Assembly: GCA_964016885.1 (NCBI GenBank)
Contig: OZ024761.1
Location: forward strand, 8,990,001 to 9,054,000
Direction of reading: 5' to 3'
DNA length: 64,000 nucleotides
Source: Eledone cirrhosa
Lineage: Eukaryota
This document shows, piece after piece, positions 1 to 12,900 of this stretch (positions within the stretch are counted from its first letter, which is position 1; each line of letters starts with the position of its first letter). Position numbers and translations under genes: made by a program. The notes below the pieces were generated by a model. The model searched no databases, was not told the origin of the DNA, and worked only from the letters and a program-made list of their open reading frames with translations.

Positions 1-407
1 CGACCCCAGTGTGTTACTGGTATTTAAATCTTAAAATCTCTGCCTCTTCCCTGATACTAAATATAACTGTTTCTAATTTAGACACAAGGCCAGGAAATAG
101 GGGAAGGGGAAAGTCTATTAACCCTTTAACATTTACATTACTCTATATTTACTATTGTATTTTCATGGCAAAGGGTTTACTTCACACAATATAGAATCTA
201 TGGGATTTTGATATTATTTATTTTGAGAACAATACCTTAACATAAGTATGAGTGGCCAGTTATGGCCAATTTAAATGCTGAAGTCTTAAATCAACCTCAG
301 TGTGTCACTGGTATTTAAACCTTAAAATCTCTGCTTCTCCACTCATACTAAATATATGATTGTTTCCTAATTTAGACACAAAGCCAGCAAAATTGTATAA
401 GAGCAAT

Positions 408-687
408 GAATTGACAGAATCAGTAGAGCATCAGACAATATAATTTGTGGTATATAGTTATGGTTCTTTCTACATTCTGAGTTCAAATCCCGCCATGGTC
501 AACTTTACCTTTCATCCTTACGGAAGGTCGATAAAATAAAGTACCAGTAACGCACTGGGGGTTGATTTAATAGACTTTCCCCTCACACACCCTAATTTCA
601 TTACCTTGAGCTAGTTACAGCACCTGGGGTCGAGCTGATTGACTGTCCCCTCCCCACAAAAATTGCTGGACTTGAGCTTATAGGAGG
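408..687 (+). mobile_element. tRNA-derived SINE (degenerate)
   Basis: B-box-like GAGTTCAAATCC, body ctttcatccttacggaaggtcgataaaataaagtaccagt; same family at 3278, 5288, 5501, 5717. Confidence 0.7.
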
Positions 688-1469
688 TCATTTTTTTTTT
701 ATCTCAACATGAAATAAACCTTAAAATCTCTGCCTCTTTCCTCATACTAAATATATAACTGTTTCCAATTTAGACACAAGGCCAGAAAATAGGGGCCGGG
801 AAACTCGATTAAATCGACCCCAGTGTGTTACTAGTACTTAAACCTTAAAATCTCTGCTTCATCCTTAATACAAAAAATATATTATTTTTTTTATTTTTTT
901 ATTTTGCTTCAAGCAAACTTCAATATATAATTGTTTCTAATTTAGACACAAGGCCAGGAAATAGGGAGAGGGGAAAGTCTATTAACCTTTTAACATTTAC
1001 ATTACTCTATATTTACTATTGTAAATGGCAAAGGGTTTACTTAACATAATATAGGATTTTGATATTATATATTTTAAGAACAATACCTTAACATAAGTAT
1101 GAGTGGCCAGTTTAAATGCTGAAGTGTTAAATCAACCTCAGTGCATTACTGGTAATTAAGCCTTTGGCATTTAAACCGGCCATATCCGCTTAGAATTTTT
1201 TCACCTCTATCAGTTCAAACCAGCTGTAACCAGCCACTCATACTGATGTTAAGGTGTTGTTCTCAAAATAAATAATGTTAAAATCTCATAGATTTGATAT
1301 TATGTGAAGTAAAGCTTTTACCACAAAAATATAATAGTATATATAGTGTAATGTAAATGTTAAAGGGTTAAACCTTAAAATTTCTGCTTCTTCACTGATA
1401 CTAAATTTATAACTGTTTCTAATTTCAACACAAAGCCAGCAAATAAGAGGAGGGGAAAGTTTGATTTCC

Positions 1470-1826
1470 AAGTGTCTAACACACGTGGGCATGCCCACAA
1501 AGTCAGAAAATAGCACAGTTCCCATGACTTTCGGAAACATTTTTTCACGCTCAGAGTTGCTGAAGCATGGAACAAACTACCTGCATCGGTTGTTAGCTGT
1601 CGAGACACTGCTTCTTTTAAGGCCTCCATGCTTCCCAAGATTCGCCAACACTACACCTAATGTTCTCCATACACATACACACATGTATATCATGACTCAT
1701 ACATTATTCAATTCCCTGACATTTGTATATTATCCTATGTACTATACATGCACCTTTGATGAGTTGTAGTGCACCTGAGCACTTTACACAATAATTTCAT
1801 TGTTTTTATTATTATTATTATTATTA
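1470..1826 (+). mobile_element. CR1/L2-type LINE 3' end fragment
   Basis: Encodes RKHFFTLRVAEAWNKLPASVV (CR1-type ORF2 C-terminal R..FF..RV...WN.LP..VV motif), then 3' UTR and (ATT)n tail. Confidence 0.75.
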
Positions 1827-2561
1827 AACCGATCCCAGCGTGTTACTGGTATTTAAACCTTAAAATTTTTGCCTCTTCACTCATACTAAATATATAACTG
1901 TTTCTAATTTAGACACAAGGCCAGGAAATAGGGGAAGGGGAAAGTCTATTAACCCTTTAACATTTACATTACTCTATATTTACTATTGTATTTTCATGGC
2001 AAAGGGTTTACTTCACATAATATAGAATCTATGGGATTTTGATATTATTTATTTTAAGCGCAATACCTTAACATAAGTATGAGTGGCCAGTTATGGCCAG
2101 TTTAAATTGTGAAGTGTTAAATCGACCTCAGTGCGTCACTGGTATGTAAACCTTAAAATCTCTGCTTCTCCACTCATACTAAATATATAACTGTTTCTAA
2201 TTTAGACAAAGCCAGCAAATAAGATGAGGGGAAATTTGATTAAATCAACCGCAGTGTGTTACTGGTATTTAAATCTTAAAATTTCTGCTTCTCCACTCAT
2301 ACTAAATATATAACTGTTTCTAATTTAGATACAAGGCCAGCAAATAGGGAGAGGGGAAATTCGATTAACCCTTTAACATTTACATTACTCTATATTTACT
2401 ATTGTAAATGGCAAAGGGTTTACTTCACATAATATAGAATCTATGGGATTTTGATATTATTTATTTTAAGAACAATACCTCAACATAAGTATGAGTGGCC
2501 AGTTATGGCCAGTTTAAATGCTGAAGTGTTAAATCGATATAAGTGCATCACTGGTAATTAA

Positions 2562-2769
2562 CCCTTTAGAATTTAAACCAGCCATATCCGGCCAGAATTC
2601 TTTCACCTCTATCTGTTCAAACCAGCTGTAACCAGCCACTCATACTGATGTTAAGGTGTTGTTCTCAAAATAAATAATATTAAAATCTCATAGATTTGAT
2701 ATTATGTGAGGTAAAGATTTTACCACAAAAATATAATAGTATATATAGTGTAATGTAAATGTTAAAGGG
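2562..2769. mobile_element. piggyBac-like non-autonomous element (MITE), 208 bp, unexpanded copy
   Basis: TTAA|CCCTTTAGAATTT ... AAATGTTAAAGGG|TTAA; related copies near 1160-1367 and 4048-4268, reverse-orientation copies at ~122, 983, 1953, 2369, 2992, 3857. Confidence 0.75.
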
Positions 2770-3277
2770 TTAAACCTTAACATTTCTGTTTCTTCACTGA
2801 TACTAAATATATAATTGTTTCTAATTTCAACACAAAGCCAGCAAATAAGAGGAGGGAAAGTTGATTAAATCGACCCCAGTGTGTTACTGGTATTTAAATC
2901 TTAAAATCTCTGCCTCTTCCCTGATACTAAATATAACTGTTTCTAATTTAGACATAAGGCCAGGAAATAGGGGAAGGGGAAAGTCTATTAACCCTTTAAC
3001 ATTTACATTACTCTATATTTACTATTGTATTTTCATGGCAAAGGGTTTACTTCACACAATATAGAATCTATGGGATTTTGATATTATTTATTTTGAGAAC
3101 AATACCTTAACATAAGTATGAGTGGCCAGTTATGGCCAATTTAAATGTTGAAGTCTTAAATCAACCTCAGTGTGTCACTGGTATGTAAACATTAAAATCT
3201 CTGCTTCTCCACTCATACTAAATATATGATTGTTTCCTAATTTAGACACAAAGCCAGCAAAATTGTATAAGAGCAAT

Positions 3278-3560
3278 GAATTGACAGAATCAGTAGAGCA
3301 TCAGACAATATAATTTGTGGTATATAGTTATGGTTCTTTCTACATTCTGAGTTCAAATCCCGCCATGGTCAACTTTACCTTTCATCCTTACGGAAGGTCG
3401 ATAAAATAAAGTACCAGTAACGCACTGGGGGTTGATTTAATAGACTTTCCCCTCACACACCCTAATTTCATTACCTTGAGCTAGTTACAGCACCTGGGGT
3501 CGAGCTGATTGACTGTCCCCTCCCCACAAAAATTGCTGGACTTGTGCTTATAGGAGAAGT
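3278..3560 (+). mobile_element. tRNA-derived SINE (duplicate of 408-687)
   Basis: Near identical to 408-687 at +2870. Confidence 0.7.
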
Positions 3561-4629
3561 CATTTTTTTTTTTATCTCAACATGAAATAAACCTTAAAAT
3601 CTCTGCCTCTTTCCTCATACTAAATATATAACTGTTTCTAATTTAGACACAAGGCCAGGAAATAGGGGGTAGGGGAAAGTCTATTAAATCAGCCCAGTGT
3701 GTTACTAGTACTTAAACCTTAAAATCTCTGCTTCATCCTTAATACAAAAAATATATTATTTTTATTTTTTTTATTTTGCTTCAAGCAAACTTCAATATAT
3801 AATTGTTTCTAATTTAGACACAAGGCCAGGAAATAGGGAGAGGGGAAAGTCTATTAACCTTTTAACATTTACATTACTCTATATTTACTATTGTAAATGG
3901 CAAAGGGCTTACTTCACATAATATAGAATTTATAGGATTTTGATATTATATATTTTAAGAACAATACCTTAATGTTAAACATAAGTATGAGTGGCCAGTT
4001 TAAATGCTGAAGTGTTAAATCAACCTCAGTGCATTACTGGTAATTAAGCCTTTAGCATTTAAACCGGCCATATCCGCTTAGAATTCTTTCACCTCTATCA
4101 GTTCAAACCAGCTGTAACCAGCCACTCATACTGATGTTAAGGTATTGTTCTCAAAATAAATAATATTAAAATCTCATAGATTTGATATTATGTGAGATAA
4201 TTATGTGAGGTAACACTTTTACCACAAAAATATAATAGTATATATAGTGTAATGTAAATGTTAAAGGGTTAAACCTTAACATTTCTTTTTCTTCACTGAT
4301 ACTAAATATATAATTGTTTCTAATTTCAACACAAAGCCAGCAAATAAGAGGAGGGAAAGTTGATTAAATCAACCGCAGTGTGTTACTGGTATTTAAACCT
4401 TAAAATCTCTGCTTCTCCACTCATACTAAATATATAACTTTCTAATTTCAACACAAAGCCAGCAAATAAGAGGAGGGGAAACTTGATTAAATCAACTGCA
4501 GTATGTTACTGGTATTTAAATCTTAAAATTTCTGCTTCTTCACTCATACTAAATATATAATTGTTTCTAATTTAGACCCAAAGCCAGCAAATACAATGAG
4601 GGCAAAGTTGATTAACCCTTTAATATTTA

Positions 4630-5022
4630 TGAGGACAATCCGAAAATAAGGTCTCCTTCTGATATTGCAACTTTTCCTTTAAAATCCTGTGGATGGTGCT
4701 TCGGGAAACCTCAGGAACCAAAATGCAGAGAGCATGCAGAGCGATCCTCCGTCTTTTACGCATGTTTTCCTCGGAAGGAGACCTTACTTTTGGGATTGAC
4801 CTCGTATATAATAACTGCGTGAAATACGCACTTGGTGGTAGCGTTCAACGGGAGCTCCAATGTCAACGGCTGCCAAGCCAAGATTGAGCATCGCAGTGAA
4901 GCACGTGCATGCTTGTTTGGGAGTGAAGGAAGTACCAAGCACAACAGTGTTGCTAACAGCCGTACGAACAGTTTCTCTGTGTCCCCATCGCTTTGGAGAC
5001 CTTACTTTAGGGACTACCCTCG
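4630..5022. mobile_element. Tc1/mariner-type MITE nested inside a TTAA-MITE
   Basis: TA|TGAGGACAATCCGAAAATAAGGTCTCC ... GGAGACCTTACTTTAGGGACTACCCTCG|TA; extra right TIR ending at 4804; host MITE (starts 4617) resumes at 5023. Confidence 0.65.
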
Positions 5023-5287
5023 TACATTACTCTATATTTACTATTATATTTTCATGGCATAGAGTTTCCTTCACATAATATAGAATCTATGGGATTTTGA
5101 TATTATTTATTTTGAGAACAATACCTTAACATGAGTATGAGTGGCAGGTTTTAAATGCTGAAGTGTTAAATCGACCTCAGTGTGTCACTGGTATTTAAAC
5201 CTTAAAATCTCTGCTTCTCGACTCATACTAAATATATAATTGTTTCTAATTTAGACACAAAGCCAGCAAAAATTTATTAGAGCAATG

Positions 5288-5899
5288 AATTGACAGAATC
5301 AGTAGAGCGTCAGACAATATCATTTGTGGTATATAGTTATGGTTCTTTCTGCATTCTGACTTCAAATCCCGCCATGGTCAACTTTACCTTTCATCCTTAT
5401 GGAAGGTCAGTAAAAAAAAGTACCAGTAATGCACTGGAGTCGATTTAATCGACTTTCCTCTCCCGAAAATTGCTGGCCTTGTGCCTCTATAAGAAAACAT
5501 TATTGACAGTAAGCGGTAGAGCGTCGGACACCATGCTTTGCAACATAGAGTTACTGTCCATTGCGTTCTGAGTTCGAATCCTGCAGTGGTTAGCTTTGCT
5601 TTCATCCTTACGGAAGGTCAGTAAAATAAAGTACCAGTAACGCGCTGAGGTTGATTTGATGGACTTTCCCTTCCTCCAAAATTGGTGGCCTTGTGCCTAA
5701 AGTAGAAACCATTAATTAGTGGATTGGCAGTATCGGTAGAGGGTCGGACGCCATGCTTTCCAGCAGAGTTACGTCCCTTTACGATCTGAGTTCAAATCCC
5801 GCCGAGGTTGACTTTGCCTTTCATCATTACGGGGTCGATAAAATAAAGTACCAGTAATGCACTGGTTAATTGCTGGCCTTGTGCCTAAAGTAGAAACAA
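5288..5899 (+). mobile_element. Three head-to-tail tRNA-derived SINEs (~5288, ~5501, ~5717)
   Basis: Each has a head (gtagagcgtcggac-like), a B-box GTTCRAATCC-like motif, ctttcatc...aaagtaccagt and a tgctggccttgtgcc tail. Confidence 0.75.
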
Positions 5900-5929
5900 T
5901 TAATTAAACCAGATAATTCCAATGTTGGA

Positions 5930-6020
5930 ATCGTTTTTCGATAAGACGTTTAGAGTTACCTCCCCTCTAGTAATTTCCGGTGAGAGATTAAGTTGAAATT
6001 TTGGCCAAGTTCAGACTTGT
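5930..6020 (+). promoter_or_regulatory. Putative promoter of the MIIP-like gene
   Basis: Non-repetitive CpG-containing stretch with TTAGAGTTACCTCCCCT (5950-5966) and ETS-like TTCCGG (5975-5980), ~200 bp upstream of the ATG at 6165. Confidence 0.4.
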
Positions 6021-6164
6021 AAACATACTTTATACTCAACTTGTCGTTACGACGGCATTTAATAGCAATCATTGTCTCTCATGAGGAATTTTAAAGAATT
6101 AATTTTAGCATTTTAACAAATCTGTGTTGTGTTTAGCATGTGAGAAAGATTATTCATAAAAAAT

Positions 6165-6277
6165 ATGGACGTTTTATTAGAAAAAAGAGAAGAAAGTCGA
6201 AAACTTTTGAGTAAATTAGAGATAATCGAGCAGAAAACTGTAGATTCTATACAAGATATCTTCAAAATACTCCACAG
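6165..6277 (+). CDS. MIIP: MIIP-like gene copy A, coding exon 1 (MDVLLEKREESRKLLSKLEIIEQKTVDSIQDIFKILH-R)
   Basis: ATG at 6165, open helical/coiled-coil-like peptide, donor CAG|GTATGT phase 2; AG plus first base A of the exon at 34371 gives Arg in frame. Confidence 0.7.
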
Positions 6278-6904
6278 GTATGTTGTGTAGAAGGTTGTCA
6301 CCTTTGGAATTTTGTGTCATGTTTTATTTATTTAATACGAGTGAAGATGCAGGTATTTGTTTATGTCAAAATTAACCGTTTACCGTGTATTGTTTAGCCC
6401 TCGGCCATCGGTGGCCTCGTACACCTCTGATTTAAAATATTCCTATTATAGCAACTCCAAGGTTTTCCAGCCATAGTGTATCTATTCATCTCGTCTATTT
6501 ATTTTTTATGTCCTTCCATATACTGTACCAATTGTGTTGTTATTTCTGTTTACCTTTTACATATATATATATGTTATATATTTCCGTAGAAACTGAAGTG
6601 AAGTGCTTTTGGATCGCATTAAGCGAATGAGGTCTGATATCTTGTAAATCGACTGTCGATATATATATAATGTTTGGGGGAGCGGAGCCGCTAATTGTGA
6701 GGTTCTTATCTTCACTGGCGGCTCGCCTAAATGGTGATGTTCGTGAGGGCGCCAGCGCATCAGCTTCACCATCACCCGAGGTAACGCTGCGAGTGTGTTG
6801 GCTTGCCTCAAGCATTATTAGGGCGGTTTCCCAGTTCTCCTCGCGATATTTTTATCTTTTGCTCTGGTAGTTGTTCGTTTGTCCACCCCTTTTCGCCTGC
6901 CCTT

Positions 6905-9900
6905 TGTTGTATGTGGTCCTAGATGTGTGTATTGCCTGCTTGTGTGTTCTATGTGGTCCTAGATGCGTGTATTACCTGCTTGTGTGTTCTATGTGGTCCT
7001 AGATGCGTGTATTGTCTGCTTGTGTGTTGTATGTGGTCCTAGATGTGTGTATTGCCTGATTATGTGTTGTATGTGGTCCTAGATGCGTGTATTGTCTGCT
7101 TGTGTGTTGTATGTGGTCCTAGATCTGTGTATTGCCTGATTATGTGTTGTATGTGGTCCTAGATGCGTGTATTACCTGCTGGTGTGTTGTATGTGGTCCT
7201 AGATGCGTGTATTACCTGCTGGTGTGTTGTATGTGGTCCTAGATCTGTGTATTGTCTGCTTGTGTGTTGTATGTGGTCCTAGATGCGTGTATTACCTGCT
7301 TGTGTGTTGTATGTGGTCCTAGATGTGTGTATTACCTGCTTGTGTGTTGTATGTGGTCCTAGATGCGTGTATTACCTGCTTGTGTGTTGTATGTGGTCCT
7401 AGATGTGTGTATTGCCTGCTTCTGTGTTGTATGTGGTCCTAGATGTGTGTATTACCTGCTTGTGTGTTGTATGTGGTCCTAGATGCGTGTATTACCTGCT
7501 TGTGTGTTGTATGTGGTCCTAGATGCGTGTATTACCTGCTTGTGTGTTGTATGTGGTCCTAGATGTGTGTATTGCCTGCTTGTGTGTTGTATGTGGTCCT
7601 AGATGCGTGTATTACCTGCTTGTGTGTTGTATGTGGTCCTAGATCTGTGTATTGCCTGATTATGTGTTGTATGTGGTCCTAGATGCGTGTATTACCTGCT
7701 GGTGTGTTGTATGTGGTCCTAGATGCGTGTATTACCTGCTTGTGTGTTGTATGTGGTCCTAGATCTGTGTATTGTCTGCTTGTGTGTTCTATGTGGTCCT
7801 AGATGCGTGTATTACCTGCTTGTGTGTTGTATGTGGTCCTAGATCTGTGTATTGCTTGCTTGTGTGTTGTATGTGGTCCTAGATGCGTGTATTGTCTGCT
7901 TGTGTGTTGTATGTGGTCCTAGATCTGTGTATTGCCTGATTATGTGTTGTATGTGGTCCTAGATGCGTGTATTACCTGCTGGTGTGTTGTATGTGGTCCT
8001 AGATGCGTGTATTACCTGCTTGTGTGTTGTATGTGGTCCTAGATCTGTGTATTGTCTGCTTGTGTGTTCTATGTGGTCCTAGATGCGTGTATTACCTGCT
8101 TGTGTGTTGTATGTGGTCCTAGATCTGTGTATTGCTTGCTTGTGTGTTGTATGTGGTCCTAGATGCGTGTATTGTCTGCTTGTGTGTTGTATGTGGTCCT
8201 AGATCTGTGTATTGCCTGCTTGTGTGTTGTATGTGGTCCTAGATGCGTGTATTACCTGCTTGTGTGTTGTATGTGGTCCTAGATGCGTGTATTGTCTGCT
8301 TGTGTGTTGTATGTGGTCCTAGATGTGTGTATTACCTGCTTGTGTGTTGTATGTGGTCCTAGATCTGTGTATTGCCTGCTTGTGTGTTGTATGTGGTCCT
8401 AGATGCGTGTATTGTCTGCTTGTGTGTTGTATGTGGTCCTAGATCTGCGTATTGCCTGCTTGTGTGATGTATGTGGTCCTAGATGCGTGTATTACCTGCT
8501 TGTGTGTTGTATGTGGTCCTAGATGCGTGTATTGTCTGCTTGTGTGTTGTATGTGGTCCTAGATCTGTGTATTGCCTGCTTGTGTGTTGTATGTAGTCCT
8601 AGATGTGTGTATTACCTGCTTGTGTGTTGTATGTGGTCCTAGATGTGTGTATTACCTGCTTGTGTGTTGTATGTGGTCCTAGATGCGTGTATTACCTGCT
8701 TGTGTGTTGTATGTGGTCCTAGATGTGTGTATTGTCTGCTTGTGTGTTGTATGTGGTCCTAGATCTGTGTATTGCCTGCTTGTGTGTTGTATGTGGTCCT
8801 AGATCTGTGTATTACCTGCTTGTGTGTTGTATGTGGTCCTAGATGCGTGTATTGTCTGCTTGTGTGTTTTATGTGGTCCTAGATGTGTGTATTACCTGCT
8901 TGTGTGTTCTATGTGGTCCTAGATGCGTGTATTACCTGCTTGTGTGTTGTATGTGGTCCTAGATGCGTGTATTGCCTGCTTGTGTGTTGTATGTGGTCCT
9001 AGATGCGTGTATTACCTGCTTGTGTGTTGTATGTGGTCCTAGATGCGTGTATTACCTGCTTGTGTGTTGTATGTGGTCCTAGATGCGTGTATTATCTGAT
9101 TATGTGTTGTATGTGGTCCTAGATGCGTGTATTGCCTGCTTGTGTGTTCTATGTGGTCCTAGATGCATGTATTACCTGCTTGTGTGTTGTATGTGGTCCT
9201 AGATGTGTGTATTACCTGCTTGTGTGTTGTATGTGGTCCTAGATGCGTGTATTGTCTGCTTGTGTGTTGTATGTGGTCCTAGATATGTGTGCTACCTGCT
9301 TGTGTGTTGTATGTGGTCCTAGATGCGTGTATTGCCTGCTTGTGTGTTGTATGTGGTCCTAGATGTGTGTATTGCCTGCTTGTGTCTTGTATGTGGTCCT
9401 AGATGCGTGTATTGTCTGCTTGTGTGTTGTATGTGGTCCTAGATATGTGTGCTACCTGCTTGTATGTTGTATGTGGTCCTAGATGTGTGTATTGCCTGCT
9501 TGTGTGTTGTATGTGGTCCTAGATGCGTGTATTGCTTGCTTGTGTGTTGTATGTGGTCCTAGATGTGTGTATTGCCTGCTTGTGTCTTGTATGTGGTCCT
9601 AGATGCCGTTATTGTCTGCTTGTGTGTTCTATGTGGTCCTAGATGCGTGTATTACCTGCTTGTGTGTTGTATGTGGTCCTAGATGCGTGTATTGCCTGCT
9701 TGTGTGTTGTATGTGGTCCTAGATGCGTGTATTACCTGCTTGTGTGTTGTATGTGGTCCTAGATGCGTGTATTACCTGCTTGTGTGTTGTATGTGGTCCT
9801 AGATGCGTGTATTATCTGATTATGTGTTGTATGTGGTCCTAGATGCGTGTATTGCCTGCTTGTGTGTTCTATGTGGTCCTAGATGCATGTATTACCTGCT

Positions 9901-12900
9901 TGTGTGTTGTATGTGGTCCTAGATGTGTGTATTACCTGCTTGTGTGTTGTATGTGGTCCTAGATGCGTGTATTGTCTGCTTGTGTGTTGTATGTGGTCCT
10001 AGATATGTGTGCTACCTGCTTGTGTGTTGTATGTGGTCCTAGATGCGTGTATTGCCTGCTTGTGTGTTGTATGTGGTCCTAGATGTGTGTATTGCCTGCT
10101 TGTGTCTTGTATGTGGTCCTAGATGCGTGTATTGTCTGCTTGTGTGTTGTATGTGGTCCTAGATATGTGTGCTACCTGCTTGTATGTTGTATGTGGTCCT
10201 AGATGTGTGTATTGCCTGCTTGTGTGTTGTATGTGGTCCTAGATGCGTGTATTGCTTGCTTGTGTGTTGTATGTGGTCCTAGATGTGTGTATTGCCTGCT
10301 TGTGTCTTCTATGTGGTCCTAGATGCCGTTATTGTCTGCTTGTGTGTTGTATGTGGTCCTAGATGCGTGTATTACCTGCTGGTGTGTTGTATGTGGTCCT
10401 AGATGCGTGTATTACCTGCTGGTGTGTTGTATGTGGTCCTAGATCTGTGTATTGCATGCTTCTGTGTTGTATGTGGTCCTAGATGTGTGTATTGCCTGCT
10501 TCTGTGTTGTATGTGGTCCTAGATGCGTGTATTGTCTGCTTGTTTGTTGTATGTGGTCCTAGATGTGTGTATTGTCTGCTTGTGTGTTGTATGTGGTTCT
10601 AGATCTGTGTATTACCTGCTTGTGTGTTGTATGTGGTCCTAGATGTGTGTATTGCCTGCTTGTGTGTTGTATGTGGTCCTAGATCTGTGTATTACCTGCT
10701 TGTGTGTTGTATGTGGTCCTAGATGCGTGTATTGCATGCTTGTGTGTTGTATGTGGTCCTAGATGCGTGTATTGTCTGCTTGTGTGTTGTATGTGGTCCT
10801 AGATGCGTGTATTTTGTGTTGTATGTGGTCCTAGATGCGTGTATTGTCTGCTTGTGTGTTGTATGTGGTCCTAGATCTGTGTATTGCCTGCTTGTGTGTT
10901 GTATGTGGTCCTAGATCTGTGTATTACCTGCTTGTGTGTTGTATGTGGTCCTAGATGCGTGTATTACCTGCTTGTGTGTTGTATGTGGTCCTAGATCTGT
11001 GTATTGCCTGCTTGTGTGTTGTATGTGGTCCTAGATGTGTGTATTACCTGCTTGTGTGTTGTATGTGGTCCTAGATGCGTGTATTGCCTGCTTGTGTGTA
11101 GTATGTGGTCCTAGATCTGTGTATTGCCTGCTTGTGTGTTGTATGTGGTCCTAGATGCGTGTATTGTCTGCTTGTGTGTTGTATGTGGTCCTAGATCTGT
11201 GTATTGCCTGCTTGTGTGTTGTATGTGTTCCTAGATGTGTGTATTGTCTGCTTGTGTGTTGTATGTGGTCCTAGATGCGTGTATTGTCTGCTTGTGTGTT
11301 GTATGTGGTCCTAGATCTGTGTATTGCCTGCTTGTGTGTTCTATGTGGTCCTAGATGCGTGTATTGTCTGCTTGTGTGTTGTATGTGGTCCTAGATCTGT
11401 GTATTGCCTGCTTGTGTGTTGTATGTGGTCCTAGATGTGTGTATTACCTGCTTGTGTGTTGTATGTGGTCCTAGATGCGTGTATTACCTGCTTGTGTGTT
11501 GTATGTGGTCCTAGATCTGTGTATTGCCTGCTTGTGTGTTGTATGTGGTCCTAGATCTGTGTATTACCTGCTTGTGTGTTGTATGTGGTCCTAGATGCGT
11601 GTATTGTCTGCTTGTGTGTTGTATGTGGTCCTAGATGCGTGTATTGTCTGCTTGTGTGTTGTATGTGGTCCTAGATGCGTGTATTGTCTGCTTGTGTGTT
11701 GTATGTGGTCCTAGATGCGTGTATTGTCTGCTTGTGTGTTGTATGTGGTCCTAGATGCGTGTATTGTCTGCTTGTGTGTTGTATGTGGTCCTAGATGCGT
11801 GTATTGTCTGCTTGTGTGTTGTATGTGGTCCTAGATGTGTGTATTGTCTGCTTGTGTGTTGTATGTGGTCCTAGATGTGTGTATTACCTGCTTGTGTGTT
11901 GTATGTGGTCTTAGATGCGTGTATTACCTGCTTGTGTGTTGTATGTGGTCCTAGATGTGTGTATTATCTGCTTGTGTGTTGTATGTGGTCCTAGATGCGT
12001 GTATTATCTGATTATGTGTTGTATGTGGTCCTAGATGCGTGTATTGCCTGCTTGTGTGTTGTATGTGGTCCTAGATGCGTGTATTGTCTGCTTGTGTGTT
12101 GTATGTGGTCCTAGATGCGTGTATTATCTGATTATGTGTTGTATGTGGTCCAAGATGCGTGTATTGCCTGCTTGTGTGTTGTATGTGGTCCTAGATGCGT
12201 GTATTGTCTGCTTGTGTGTTGTATGTGGTCCTAGATGTGTGTATTACCTGCTTGTGTGTTGTATGTGGTCCTAGATGCGTGTATTGTCTGCTTGTGTGTT
12301 GTATGTGGTCCTAGATGCGTGTATTATCTGATTATGTGTTGTATGTGGTCCTAGATGCGTGTATTGCCTGCTTGTGTGTTGTATGTGGTCCTAGATGCGT
12401 GTATTGCCTGCTTGTGTGTTGTATGTGGTCCTAGATGTGTGTATTACCTGCTTGTGTGTTGTATGTGGTCCTAGATGCGTGTATTGTCTGCTTGTGTGTT
12501 GTTTGTGGTCCTAGATGCGTGTATTGTCTGCTTGTGTGTTGTATGTGGTCCTAGATGCGTGTATTGTCTGCTTGTGTGTTGTATGTGGTCCTAGATATGT
12601 GTGCTACCTGCTTGTGTGTTGTATGTGGTCCTAGATGTGTGTATTGCCTGCTTGTGTGTTGTATGTGGTCCTAGATGCGTGTATTGCCTGCTTGTGTGTT
12701 GTATGTGGTCCTAGATCTGTGTATTACCTGTTTGTGTGTTGTATGTGGTCCTAGATGCGTGTATTGCATGCTTGTGTGTTGTATGTGGTCCTAGATGCGT
12801 GTATTGTCTGCTTGTGTGTTGTATGTGGTCCTAGATGCGTGTATTGTGTGTTGTATGTGGTCCTAGATGCGTGTATTGTCTGCTTGTGTGTTGTATGTGG

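Larger units (their letters stand above)
1..5280. repeat. Patchwork of SINE 3' halves and TTAA-MITE copies, including a 2870-bp-period duplication (1-~1460 repeated at 2871-~4370)
   Basis: cgaccccagtgtgttactgg at 1 and 2871; ORFs ending at 194 and 3064 are near identical; recurrent modules tttctaatttagacacaaggccagc...aaatcgacc and ttaaccctttaacatttacattac. Confidence 0.85.
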
